64,000 bases of DNA from Candidatus Spechtbacteria bacterium. GTDB lineage: Bacteria > Patescibacteriota > Minisyncoccia > Spechtbacterales > JACPHP01. Below the pieces are notes generated by a model. The model did no database searches, was not told the DNA's origin, and saw only the letters and a program-made list of their open reading frames with translations. Shown piece after piece: positions 1-8,850 of the stretch (position 1 is the first letter of the stretch; every line of letters starts with the position of its first letter). A program made the translations under genes and the position numbers. The stretch is from contig JACPHP010000003.1 of the NCBI GenBank assembly GCA_016188605.1, positions 16,400 to 80,399 of the forward strand. Direction: 5' to 3'.

Positions 1-33
1 ACATTTTTGCCTCCTTGGAAACCCTGCTTTTTC

Positions 34-1308
34 TTAATCTTGGGCAATCAGTACTTTGATAGCTTCAATGTTTTCTTCATCAGTTACGTCTCGACTAGAC
101 ATTTTATGAATCCTAAAAACATCTTTCTGCTCAATGAAATTTGCTCTTTTCACATATTCTTCAAATCGAGTATCTATATCCCTAGCCCAAGGACCTTTCA
201 TTACAGAAACCCCCATACGGTTAACATAACCAAGAATCTTTTTAATTTCCGGAATTGCTTGTGTGCCATCATCAAAGTCATCGCCGTCAGTGCCCTGAAA
301 AACATAAATGTTATAGTCTCTGGCCAGTCCTTCACCCTCAACAATTTCATTAATCTTTTTGTATCCCGAGGCAATTAAAGTTCCACCGCCCGCGCTTTGC
401 CGAAAATACCCCAGAGCTGAAACTTCTTTTGCACCCGTATCATGAACAATGAATCTGGGAATAACCAGACCCTCGTACTGGAACAAAAGCCAGGCATAAA
501 TCATTAGATGCTGTGTAACAACGGCTTTGGTCGGCTCGCCCATCATAGAGCCAGAATAATCTCTCAAGAAAAATACAATTGCCTGAGACTTCCATACCCG
601 TTCTCTTGATAGAACTCGATAAATTTTGTCTTGAGGTCCAACTATAAGCTTAGCAGGATCGATATTGCCTACATCCGCGCGGCCAAGCGCAACGTTTGTG
701 CGCACAATACGTAGAAGCGTAGCTTTTTTATCCAAAAGCTGACCTGAGCCAGGATGCCTGTCGGTCAGATCAAAGATATATTCGTCGGTTGGAACTTTCT
801 TGCCTTTATCTTTGAGATTAGGCAGCTTGAACTCTTCCGAAAGTTTCTTGCCTAGCTCGTAGGCCTCACTCTCAACACCATGATTGCCGTCACCTTGGCC
901 GGCTCGCGGATCATCTCCCTCTTCATCGCCATCACCTTCGCCATCGCCAAGGGTCGCGTAGCCAATAACATCTCCAACTTCGCCCTCTCCCTGTCCTACT
1001 ATATCAGGGAAATCATCATCTTCTTCTTCATTAGGTTCAAAATCTCCATGAATTAATTGCTCTTCTTCCACATACGGCACCATTATGATTCGTCCTGGGC
1101 CTGCAAGTGTCCTACGGATTTTAATCTTCTTGGGGAATCCGTCTTTTTCTCTTTGCGCATCTATCTGTAGAAGATCATCGAGCGACACTAGCGACATTAC
1201 TGGGCTAGGGGTGGAAGATGCGTATAAGCCAAGTTTGTGCATATACCGTAATATTGCCGATCGCTTCATGCCATCAATATCAGATTCTGTCATAAAATCA
1301 TTTTTCAT
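34..1308 (-). CDS. YeaH/YhbH (DUF444) family vWA-domain protein
   Basis: Acidic Gly-rich linker (GQGEGEVGDVIG), MIDAS-like RDYSGS and FQGTDGDD motifs. Lies downstream of a PrkA gene. Start moved to the ATG at 1308, which follows an AGGAGG. Confidence 0.85.
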   Translation of the reverse strand: MKNDFMTESDIDGMKRSAILRYMHKLGLYASSTPSPVMSLVSLDDLLQIDAQREKDGFPKKIKIRRTLAGPGRIIMVPYVEEEQLIHGDFEPNEEEDDDFPDIVGQGEGEVGDVIGYATLGDGEGDGDEEGDDPRAGQGDGNHGVESEAYELGKKLSEEFKLPNLKDKGKKVPTDEYIFDLTDRHPGSGQLLDKKATLLRIVRTNVALGRADVGNIDPAKLIVGPQDKIYRVLSRERVWKSQAIVFFLRDYSGSMMGEPTKAVVTQHLMIYAWLLFQYEGLVIPRFIVHDTGAKEVSALGYFRQSAGGGTLIASGYKKINEIVEGEGLARDYNIYVFQGTDGDDFDDGTQAIPEIKKILGYVNRMGVSVMKGPWARDIDTRFEEYVKRANFIEQKDVFRIHKMSSRDVTDEENIEAIKVLIAQD

Positions 1309-1367
1309 TGCACCTGCCTCCTTCGTAGCGCTACGCACGACATCGCAATAAACTTACAAATAGATAA

Positions 1368-1410
1368 AATGAGCCGGACCTATGCCCGGCTCATTCTTGG
1401 GTTTTTATTT
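1368..1410 (-). terminator. Hairpin between prkA and yeaH
   Basis: aatgagccgg...ccggctcatt inverted repeat followed by a T-rich tract on the minus strand. Confidence 0.5.
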
Positions 1411-3479
1411 TATGCCTCATCTTCCTTGGTGCAGAAGTATTCAATAGTCTTCTGAGCGCAAGTCGAACAGTAATTCAACTTATCTAGCATGGTTCCAATC
1501 ATCCTATTGCGAATCTTAGCATTTTCTTCATTGGTCGGATTAGCTAATGCGCCAACCAAGCTACCAGCTCCCGCAACATCAGATAGCAAACGCACGTCGG
1601 TTACGGCCTTAACTAAATCCTGGCTGTCCATGAAGTCATAATTTGGATCGACTCCAATTTTCTGGCCGTAAATCTTGCGAATCGTGTTTTGATACGACTC
1701 TTTGCGCTCTTTAGTTGTAAGGCCAAGCCGCGCCTCAACAGAATCAACGAACGTCTGATCGATCTTAATTGACTTAACTTCGCCAGTCTGTGGGTCGCGA
1801 TATCGCCACATTTTTTCCGGACCAAGACTCGCCGAGTCCATACCGATGACCATATTCACATATGCCAGAACATCCTTGCGAACTGCATCAGGGTCGTCGC
1901 GATAGGCATTAAAGATTGCGGTTTTTACCTGCTCACGATATAAACGCCGAGCAGTATCAAGATCCTTCATATACTTTTCACGATCAGTCGCTTCTGAAAC
2001 GTAATCAAGAATAATGCGTTTCAAGGCCGTAAATACATCCTTGGCAAACATGCACTGGCCTTCGTCGGTAGTTGTCATGGCGCCAAGAATCTGCAACGAC
2101 CTGCCAAGGTCACGATGTCCTAAACCCTTCTGCCCCCAACGCTTGGTAACATCGGGGCTCGCGTTAGCAACTTCTCTGACCTCAGCCAATGCTCCTACGC
2201 TTTTATCACCGGCAATCTCGCCAGCTTCAAGCTTCATTGTCTCAATAGGGGTCAACTTCGTAGAGTGCAGAAGCCGTGTTAGAACAACGCCAACAGAAGC
2301 AGCATAAATAAGGTTAGGATCCTGATGCATCGGCTCGCCTAGAATCGTAGTCCTAACGCCACCACCTAGAGAATACCCGGTCAATTCCTGCTGTAATTTG
2401 TAGTCGGTGTTGTGCGATACATAAACAATTCGGCAACGATCTTTGATTGGCGATTCATCTTTTTCTGATACGAACCTGTTATATGCCTCGTTGTTGCTAG
2501 TGGCAATAATCAAAGCATCGATAGGCCATATGAAACCGTCTACTTCGATGTTCCTGCTTTGGATAACCTGCAAGTAGATCTGAACCAGGTCTTTTTTATT
2601 CCTGAAAAGCTCATCGGAAAAATGAATACCGCTGCCAGCAACTCGAGCCAAAGCTCCTCGTTGCAAGTCAAACTTATTTGGATCACCCAATTTCAAAAGC
2701 AAAAGGTGCTGAAGAGATTCCTCTCCCAACAGGTCAACCGACGAAGAAGTAATTTTGTCTTTGGCCGAATATTTCCCGGTAACAGTACCTTGGCTCTCGC
2801 TCATTGGCACGGGAACAACGCAAATGTGCCGGAGCGCTTGCTCCACATTGCCGTCATAATGCTCGAGTAGCGCGCTCCACAGATATTCTGTTGAAGCGCC
2901 CAGTGGCCGTCTGTACGTGTAAAGACTATCAATAGCCCTGTCGCTAAAACCCATGCGAGCAATAAATTCCGCGCTTTCATCCTTATTACCCAAAAGGTTC
3001 ATTGCCAAGATCATAGGATCTTCAAAGTTTAAAGAGTGCAGATCTGCAGCTCTTGGATCATAACCAAGAGCATCATCCAGGCCTACGAACTTAAAAGTAT
3101 ATTTGCGGTTTCCAAGTACTGACAGAAACTGACGATAGTAAGAACATATATAATCCACGAAAGCGGTTTTACCGTTTCCAGGCTCACCAATTAGAACCAA
3201 TGCCATCTCTTTGGCCGATCCGCCTTCGGCAGCATCTTTAATGAAATGAACGCACTCATTAATTTCGTCGTACCAGCCAATAATGTGCCTCGACCCTTGC
3301 CGAAAAAACAAAAAATCATATACTGTTCTTCCACCACGAGAAAGCTTAATAAATCCTTTTTCCTGGATCATCCTATTAACACTTTGAGCTGCTGTTTCAA
3401 ACCTTCTATTTCCAGCCAAAAATTCTTGAGCATGGAAGTTTAAAGTCTTATTATCTGGCACTAGAAGTTTCTGCGACAT
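1410..3479 (-). CDS. prkA: PrkA/YeaG family AAA+ serine protein kinase-like ATPase (copy 1)
   Basis: Walker A GEPGNGKT, Walker-B-like HFSDE, IIATSN sensor, C-terminal YCxxCA typical of PrkA; strong SD (AGGAGG). Confidence 0.85.
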   Translation of the reverse strand: MSQKLLVPDNKTLNFHAQEFLAGNRRFETAAQSVNRMIQEKGFIKLSRGGRTVYDFLFFRQGSRHIIGWYDEINECVHFIKDAAEGGSAKEMALVLIGEPGNGKTAFVDYICSYYRQFLSVLGNRKYTFKFVGLDDALGYDPRAADLHSLNFEDPMILAMNLLGNKDESAEFIARMGFSDRAIDSLYTYRRPLGASTEYLWSALLEHYDGNVEQALRHICVVPVPMSESQGTVTGKYSAKDKITSSSVDLLGEESLQHLLLLKLGDPNKFDLQRGALARVAGSGIHFSDELFRNKKDLVQIYLQVIQSRNIEVDGFIWPIDALIIATSNNEAYNRFVSEKDESPIKDRCRIVYVSHNTDYKLQQELTGYSLGGGVRTTILGEPMHQDPNLIYAASVGVVLTRLLHSTKLTPIETMKLEAGEIAGDKSVGALAEVREVANASPDVTKRWGQKGLGHRDLGRSLQILGAMTTTDEGQCMFAKDVFTALKRIILDYVSEATDREKYMKDLDTARRLYREQVKTAIFNAYRDDPDAVRKDVLAYVNMVIGMDSASLGPEKMWRYRDPQTGEVKSIKIDQTFVDSVEARLGLTTKERKESYQNTIRKIYGQKIGVDPNYDFMDSQDLVKAVTDVRLLSDVAGAGSLVGALANPTNEENAKIRNRMIGTMLDKLNYCSTCAQKTIEYFCTKEDEA

Positions 3480-3703
3480 GACTGGTCTCCTCCTTGCTTG
3501 GATATGAAATTATAAAAGATCGCAATTACTGGAAATAAAAAAGGGCATTATGAGAACATTGCCTCTGCAAATGTTAACCCTCCTCTTTAGAGACCCCTCC
3601 TCATTGAAAGAATCTCCTTAGGGATAGAGTCGACACCGAGAGAACGTCTCAGCTTGCCCTTTCCTTTCCAGGAATATCAAAGCTATTTGCTCTGACTAAT
3701 TAC

Positions 3704-3733
3704 AGTGTAACGTGTGCCATAAAATTGTGTCAA
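3704..3733 (-). promoter_or_regulatory. Sigma70-like promoter for prkA copy 1, giving a ~220-nt structured leader
   Basis: TTGACA-18nt-TACACT on the minus strand. Confidence 0.5.
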
Positions 3734-3805
3734 CTTCCCATTGGAAATAAATCATGTTTAAATTATTACAAAGTAAAACCCCCGCGGTTATGCGGGGATT
3801 GTGTT

Positions 3806-5077
3806 TTAAAAATCTCTTATTCTAAATCCATTTTTTCTGTCATATGTATGTCGAATCACCCCTTTCTTCGTGGCAATGATTACTTCAATCGGAATTTTCC
3901 AAAGACTGTACATTAGCTCCAGAGCGCCCCTGAGCATTTTTGGCTCAAAGACCTTGCCCTGATAAGTGTGGAGTAGCACAAGCCGTCCTTCAGTATCAGG
4001 TGTTTTTACAATACGAACTGGAAGATTGGGCGCGTATCCTAAACATTCAATGAATCTATCGCTGACTTTTTTCCATCCTCTTTCATCGGAAATATCAGTG
4101 ATGCGAATCCGCTCTGCAACTAAATAAATTTCTTCGTGTTCGTCACCCGGCGCGGGACTCCAAGAAAAAAGACTGTTCTCTTGCGCAATTTTTTGATCGA
4201 GGAACCGCGCAACAAATGTCACATCGTGCATAGTATCGCGCGCATGAAATAATGCTTCCCTGCCGTAATTGCTGTCAATCGCCTCAAAAAGCACGGACCC
4301 TATTTGCTGTAAATTCAAACTTCCTGGTTTGGGAAATGCGACAGTCTCTTCATGCGCCTGCCTGCATTGCGCGAAAAGATCGTCTGATACACCCGCCGCC
4401 TCCACGATGCGCGTCGCAAAAAAAGAAGCGTATCCTGCCATCATTAACTTTGTTTCTATTCGCGGCAATAACCATTTCCATTCATCGTGCACAATGCGCA
4501 AAATATCTTTCTGCCAATTCTCCAGGACCGTACTTGCAAAAATTGTCTCTTCAAGCAAATCGCACGTCTTGTCCCCCCAAAGCGCGGAATGCGAGCATTG
4601 ATAGCGCATTGCATGCGCTGCTGTCAAAACATGCTCCACTTTCTCATATCCTATAGCGTCGTCATTTCTATATTGGCTAATACGTTCTGAGTTTGTCCGC
4701 GACCTATCCCATACATCGTCTGGCACATTGAACCAAGCACGATTATGGCTTACAAAATCGTTCAGCGCAAGAAAGTATGCCAAAAAAAACAGCTGGCCCC
4801 CGAGAGAAAAATCATACGGCATAAACGCGCGAGGCTCTATGCCCATCGCCATCAAGTCACAAAAATAAATTCTCTTTCCGTGATGGAAAAAATCTGCATT
4901 TTTGCCAAACGACCAATGGCTATATTTGCGCGGCCCGCCGTTCATTGCTGCTACGGCTTCTTGCTGGCGTTTATTTACTATATATATAGTAGGATCGTTT
5001 GCCGGCACGCTCAAATTCATACCTATGGCAGCTTGCTTAAACTGCTCGTAATAATCTACGAGTATGTTATTGCTCAT
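3806..5077 (-). CDS. SpoVR/YcgB family protein, divergent
   Basis: GGPRKYSHWSFGK, LENWQKDILRIVHDE, PRIETKLM and LVLLHTYQG motifs match SpoVR; follows YeaH. Start at 5077 has an SD. Confidence 0.8.
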   Translation of the reverse strand: MSNNILVDYYEQFKQAAIGMNLSVPANDPTIYIVNKRQQEAVAAMNGGPRKYSHWSFGKNADFFHHGKRIYFCDLMAMGIEPRAFMPYDFSLGGQLFFLAYFLALNDFVSHNRAWFNVPDDVWDRSRTNSERISQYRNDDAIGYEKVEHVLTAAHAMRYQCSHSALWGDKTCDLLEETIFASTVLENWQKDILRIVHDEWKWLLPRIETKLMMAGYASFFATRIVEAAGVSDDLFAQCRQAHEETVAFPKPGSLNLQQIGSVLFEAIDSNYGREALFHARDTMHDVTFVARFLDQKIAQENSLFSWSPAPGDEHEEIYLVAERIRITDISDERGWKKVSDRFIECLGYAPNLPVRIVKTPDTEGRLVLLHTYQGKVFEPKMLRGALELMYSLWKIPIEVIIATKKGVIRHTYDRKNGFRIRDF

Positions 5078-6578
5078 TACCACTTCTCCTCTTTTCGCAA
5101 AACTCAATCAATAGCGTAAATGCTTTGCCCGCGCCCTCATGATCTCCAAAGCGCGCTGCGACAATATTGCCTTGACCCCGAGAAGCCACATCTAGAAATT
5201 CTTTGATAGCGGTGAAAGAACCGGTCGGCGATTTGGTCTTTGGATCACGTATCGTCCCATCACCATCCACGCATACAAGCGAACTGGCAGCTCGCCCCAT
5301 AAACGGATCGTAGTCCGAATAATTAGGGCCGATATGCCCCACTTCAAAATATCCCATAATATCGGTAACTAACGCCAGTCTTGCAATTGCTTCGCTTAGA
5401 ATGGCTGGATTCTTATCTTCCTCTTCTTGTTTTTCGCCATCGCTTAAAATAAACACGAATTTATTCCATTCAATGCCGGAATATTCCTTTTCCAGAATAT
5501 TTAATGCCATGTTAAGGCCACTGGAAATAATTGTCCCGCCGTTCGCAAAGCGATGGAAAAATTCCCATTCCGCTTTTTCGCCCGCATGGCGCTTGGCTTC
5601 TCTATCAAACGTAATAAAAACCAAATCGACGCGATCGTGTTCCATGCGAATTGCGCGAAGAAGATGCATGCAGAATACGCGAATAAGATTTAAGATTTCT
5701 TCTTTTCTCGTGCTATGTGAAGCGTCTCTCACAAAAATCACCACGGCATTGCTTTTATATTCCTCTCTGGATTCATGACGAATATAGCGCAGGTCTTCTT
5801 CGCTAAAATCATCGTCCCCATCGCCAATGCGCTCCATTCTTTTTTCAGATGTCTTGCGTTTGTGCAGCTGTGCTTGCGGACCGCGCATTCTCACGCCATA
5901 GGGACGACCTTTCGTACGAACTCGCAAGGCGCCTAAATTTGTTGTGCGCAAAAGAGGAAGATGGAATTGCTCAGCTATCGCATCAAGCAGTTGCTCAATC
6001 CGCACATTTTCCTCAAAAGCAACGCCTTCAGGATTTACACCCGCCCCCTGCGCCCCGTCAGTGAATTCTGGATCCATTTCATCATCGGGCCAGTGCGGAA
6101 AATCCATTTTCTCTGATTCTTGACCGGCTTCTGTAATAGGCACGCGTCCGAGTTCTTCTCCTCTACGAGCCGTCTTACTCTGGCCCACCCCAGAGCTCTG
6201 CTCGCCAAAACGTGAAGGCTTCTTTTTATTGCTGCTCGGACTTTGTGGCATCTCGCCTCGTTCATCGTTTCCGCCAGCAAATTCGCCGCTACCTTGTACC
6301 TGCTCTTGAGACTCCATAACCAAATCACTATACTCTTCTGCTTCATAACTCCACTCGTCGCCCGCATGATCCACGAACAACAAGCGCGATTCAGGAAGCG
6401 CAGGAACCTTGAGGGATATAATCCCGCCAGTCAAAATCCTGGTCAGCCCCACTTCATTTATTTCCATAAGCCTTGATGCGTTAGCGAATATACCGACCAA
6501 CGCACGCGCTCGATGATCTTCTCTTTCATATGCTAACGGGTCTGGAGATTGCGCAATTGATATAACGCGCAAAGCCAT
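5067..6578 (-). CDS. YeaH/YhbH (DUF444) family vWA-domain protein (copy 2)
   Basis: EEDLRY, SNAVVIFVRDASHS, GGTIISSG and ILSDGE motifs. Confidence 0.8.
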   Translation of the reverse strand: MALRVISIAQSPDPLAYEREDHRARALVGIFANASRLMEINEVGLTRILTGGIISLKVPALPESRLLFVDHAGDEWSYEAEEYSDLVMESQEQVQGSGEFAGGNDERGEMPQSPSSNKKKPSRFGEQSSGVGQSKTARRGEELGRVPITEAGQESEKMDFPHWPDDEMDPEFTDGAQGAGVNPEGVAFEENVRIEQLLDAIAEQFHLPLLRTTNLGALRVRTKGRPYGVRMRGPQAQLHKRKTSEKRMERIGDGDDDFSEEDLRYIRHESREEYKSNAVVIFVRDASHSTRKEEILNLIRVFCMHLLRAIRMEHDRVDLVFITFDREAKRHAGEKAEWEFFHRFANGGTIISSGLNMALNILEKEYSGIEWNKFVFILSDGEKQEEEDKNPAILSEAIARLALVTDIMGYFEVGHIGPNYSDYDPFMGRAASSLVCVDGDGTIRDPKTKSPTGSFTAIKEFLDVASRGQGNIVAARFGDHEGAGKAFTLLIEFCEKRRSGNEQ

Positions 6579-6659
6579 TTCGTTCCTCCTTCAAAATTAG
6601 ATCTAAAAAATTAGGATATTACTTTTTTCTGCATTTCCGTAGACGAGATACGTGTGAGT

Positions 6660-6687
6660 AAAAAAGGGTGCTCCGAGCACCCTTTTA
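6660..6687. terminator. Intrinsic terminator-like hairpin
   Basis: aaaagggtgctc-c-gagcaccctttt with A/T tails on both sides. Confidence 0.6.
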
Positions 6688-6694
6688 TTTTAGT

Positions 6695-8596
6695 TTATGC
6701 TAACGGCTCGCAGGCCTTCTTAAGATTCCATGCAAAACATACCGGGCAATATTTTGTTAATCCTTTTCGTGCCCGCAAAGTATTTTTCTGCTCGCGCGAA
6801 ATTAAAGAACTTGAAAAAAACCAGGACATGATCTCGAGCACCCTGCTCATATTAGTTCTGTTATTTCCGTTGACGCGAGGGAGTCTATCCAACTCTTCAC
6901 GCAATTCAACTGCTATGTCTTGCGCGCTTCGCATACGATTTACTTCCTTAAAAATTTCAGGAATAAAGCCTGTTTCTGTTAGATGGTTAATAAAAGATTC
7001 TCGCGCGCGCCTTTCAAATTCAACCGCGAGAAACCCATTAACAGCATCGCGCATACGAGTAAGCCATACACGCTCGTCGCCCTTTGTGCGCACAAGTCGA
7101 TTGGTCAATGACTTTGTCAGTGATGCGCGCGCGTCATCAAGTGTAACACAAGTTGCCTGTTGCTCCTCGCCGCTCAGAACACCCGGCATTTCTACGCGGC
7201 TGAATGACGACTCCAGCGCCCTCTGCAAGAATCGCGTGGAAAAACCTTGGAACCCTTCGTCGGGGTGATTTGCCCTGCGCTCCGCAACACGTTCTTCAGA
7301 ACCCTCTCCCCCATCACCATCAAGAAGTTTTAACAGCGCGAATACTTCATCAGGCTTCATTGGCACAGTTTTGTCAGATTTTACTTCTTCTTCAATGCGC
7401 GAGTATACCGCAACTGATGCTAAGAAGTCTTCTGTTTCTGGAGCACGATGCGCGCGAACAGAACGCTGGCGTAAAATTTTATCGTGAATTTTTCTATCTT
7501 CACTGACAGCCATTGCGTAACGCACGGGCTGAACAACCATTCTATCGAAAAGCGCTTCCTGATCAGGATTGCGGCTTTGCCTTTCAAACTCAGACAAATT
7601 GGAGTGTGCGATAATTACAAAATCTGAAGACATAGTGGTACGATATCCCGGGGAGGGGTACCGATCGTCTTCCGTGGCAATAAGCATAAGATGGAGAGCT
7701 TCTTGAGGAGCCTTAAACATCTCAATCCACTCAATGACTCCGCCGGTTCCTCTATTAAATGCGCCACTAAAATTCATAAGCCTGGCTGAACCTGCGTCAT
7801 ATTGACTCATTAAACGAATTTTCTCACTGCCAATAAGAATTTCGATACCCATTGTATTGGGGTCAAATGGCGGAATCTTTACAAGTCCTTGACCGCGCCG
7901 CGCGGAAATTCTTTTTGTTACAATCGGAGTATCTTCCCATTTATTCCCAAGCCCCGACAAATGTTCGCTACACACTGGGCATACGTCTTTTGTAGGATGA
8001 ATGGCGTGACCAATCTCGCGCGAAATTTTCCCGCGGAGATGAAGCGGAATTGCCCAGAGCGGGGAATGATTAACGGGGCACTGCTCACTATCGGGCCATT
8101 GAATGACAAACATCGCGTCATCAACAATAAGCTGCTGAACAGCTTCTACAAAACGCGACTTGCCAACCCCGACTCCGCCCTTCAAAAAGAATATATTTCT
8201 GGAGGTAATACCACCCTGCGCCGCGTTACTCAAAAAAAGATAAAATTCGTTGAGCACTTCCTCAAAATCGAAAAAAGATTGCGCCAAATACGTAGGAATA
8301 ATCAACTGGGAAAGCGGTCCTTCTTTAGAAAGACCGAGCGCTCGCGCGCGCCGCGGATTTGTTTCGTGACTTACGATAGTAAGCGCTGGCACGCCCTCGG
8401 GCAATCCCGGGGGATTAACGCACACACGTCTAAAAATCCTTTGAGCCGCATTATCAAATACCCATGGCTCGCTACTGCCAAGCTCAAGAAACCCTAATAT
8501 TGACCCCCTCCAATCCTCCCATCTCGACTTTGCCGCCGCACGCTCCTTGCGGTCTTCATCAATAAGCTTTTTAAGCGACTGAATAATGGCGCCCAT
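6695..8596 (-). CDS. PrkA/YeaG family AAA+ ATPase (copy 2)
   Basis: Walker A GGVGVGKS, CPVNHSPL, CPVC, GAFNRGTGGVIEWIEMFK, IIAHSN, EALFDR and C-terminal YCPVC. Confidence 0.85.
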   Translation of the reverse strand: MGAIIQSLKKLIDEDRKERAAAKSRWEDWRGSILGFLELGSSEPWVFDNAAQRIFRRVCVNPPGLPEGVPALTIVSHETNPRRARALGLSKEGPLSQLIIPTYLAQSFFDFEEVLNEFYLFLSNAAQGGITSRNIFFLKGGVGVGKSRFVEAVQQLIVDDAMFVIQWPDSEQCPVNHSPLWAIPLHLRGKISREIGHAIHPTKDVCPVCSEHLSGLGNKWEDTPIVTKRISARRGQGLVKIPPFDPNTMGIEILIGSEKIRLMSQYDAGSARLMNFSGAFNRGTGGVIEWIEMFKAPQEALHLMLIATEDDRYPSPGYRTTMSSDFVIIAHSNLSEFERQSRNPDQEALFDRMVVQPVRYAMAVSEDRKIHDKILRQRSVRAHRAPETEDFLASVAVYSRIEEEVKSDKTVPMKPDEVFALLKLLDGDGGEGSEERVAERRANHPDEGFQGFSTRFLQRALESSFSRVEMPGVLSGEEQQATCVTLDDARASLTKSLTNRLVRTKGDERVWLTRMRDAVNGFLAVEFERRARESFINHLTETGFIPEIFKEVNRMRSAQDIAVELREELDRLPRVNGNNRTNMSRVLEIMSWFFSSSLISREQKNTLRARKGLTKYCPVCFAWNLKKACEPLA

Positions 8597-8850
8597 TTAT
8601 CCTCCCATCTTTTCCACAAATCATGCCTTAGCATTTCTTGCTACAAGCGCACTAAAGCACAAGTTGTAAAAGTACGTGACTGGCTACATTATAGATAGAA
8701 ACGATAATTATGCAATGGCTATATATTTTTTCAAGCTTACGCGTAAGGCATGCACATGTATCTAGACAAATAAATCAAGGCGTTATATAACTGCAAAAGT
8801 TACGTTTCTTAACAACAGACATCCAACACAATAGCAAGGAGGAAAATGTA

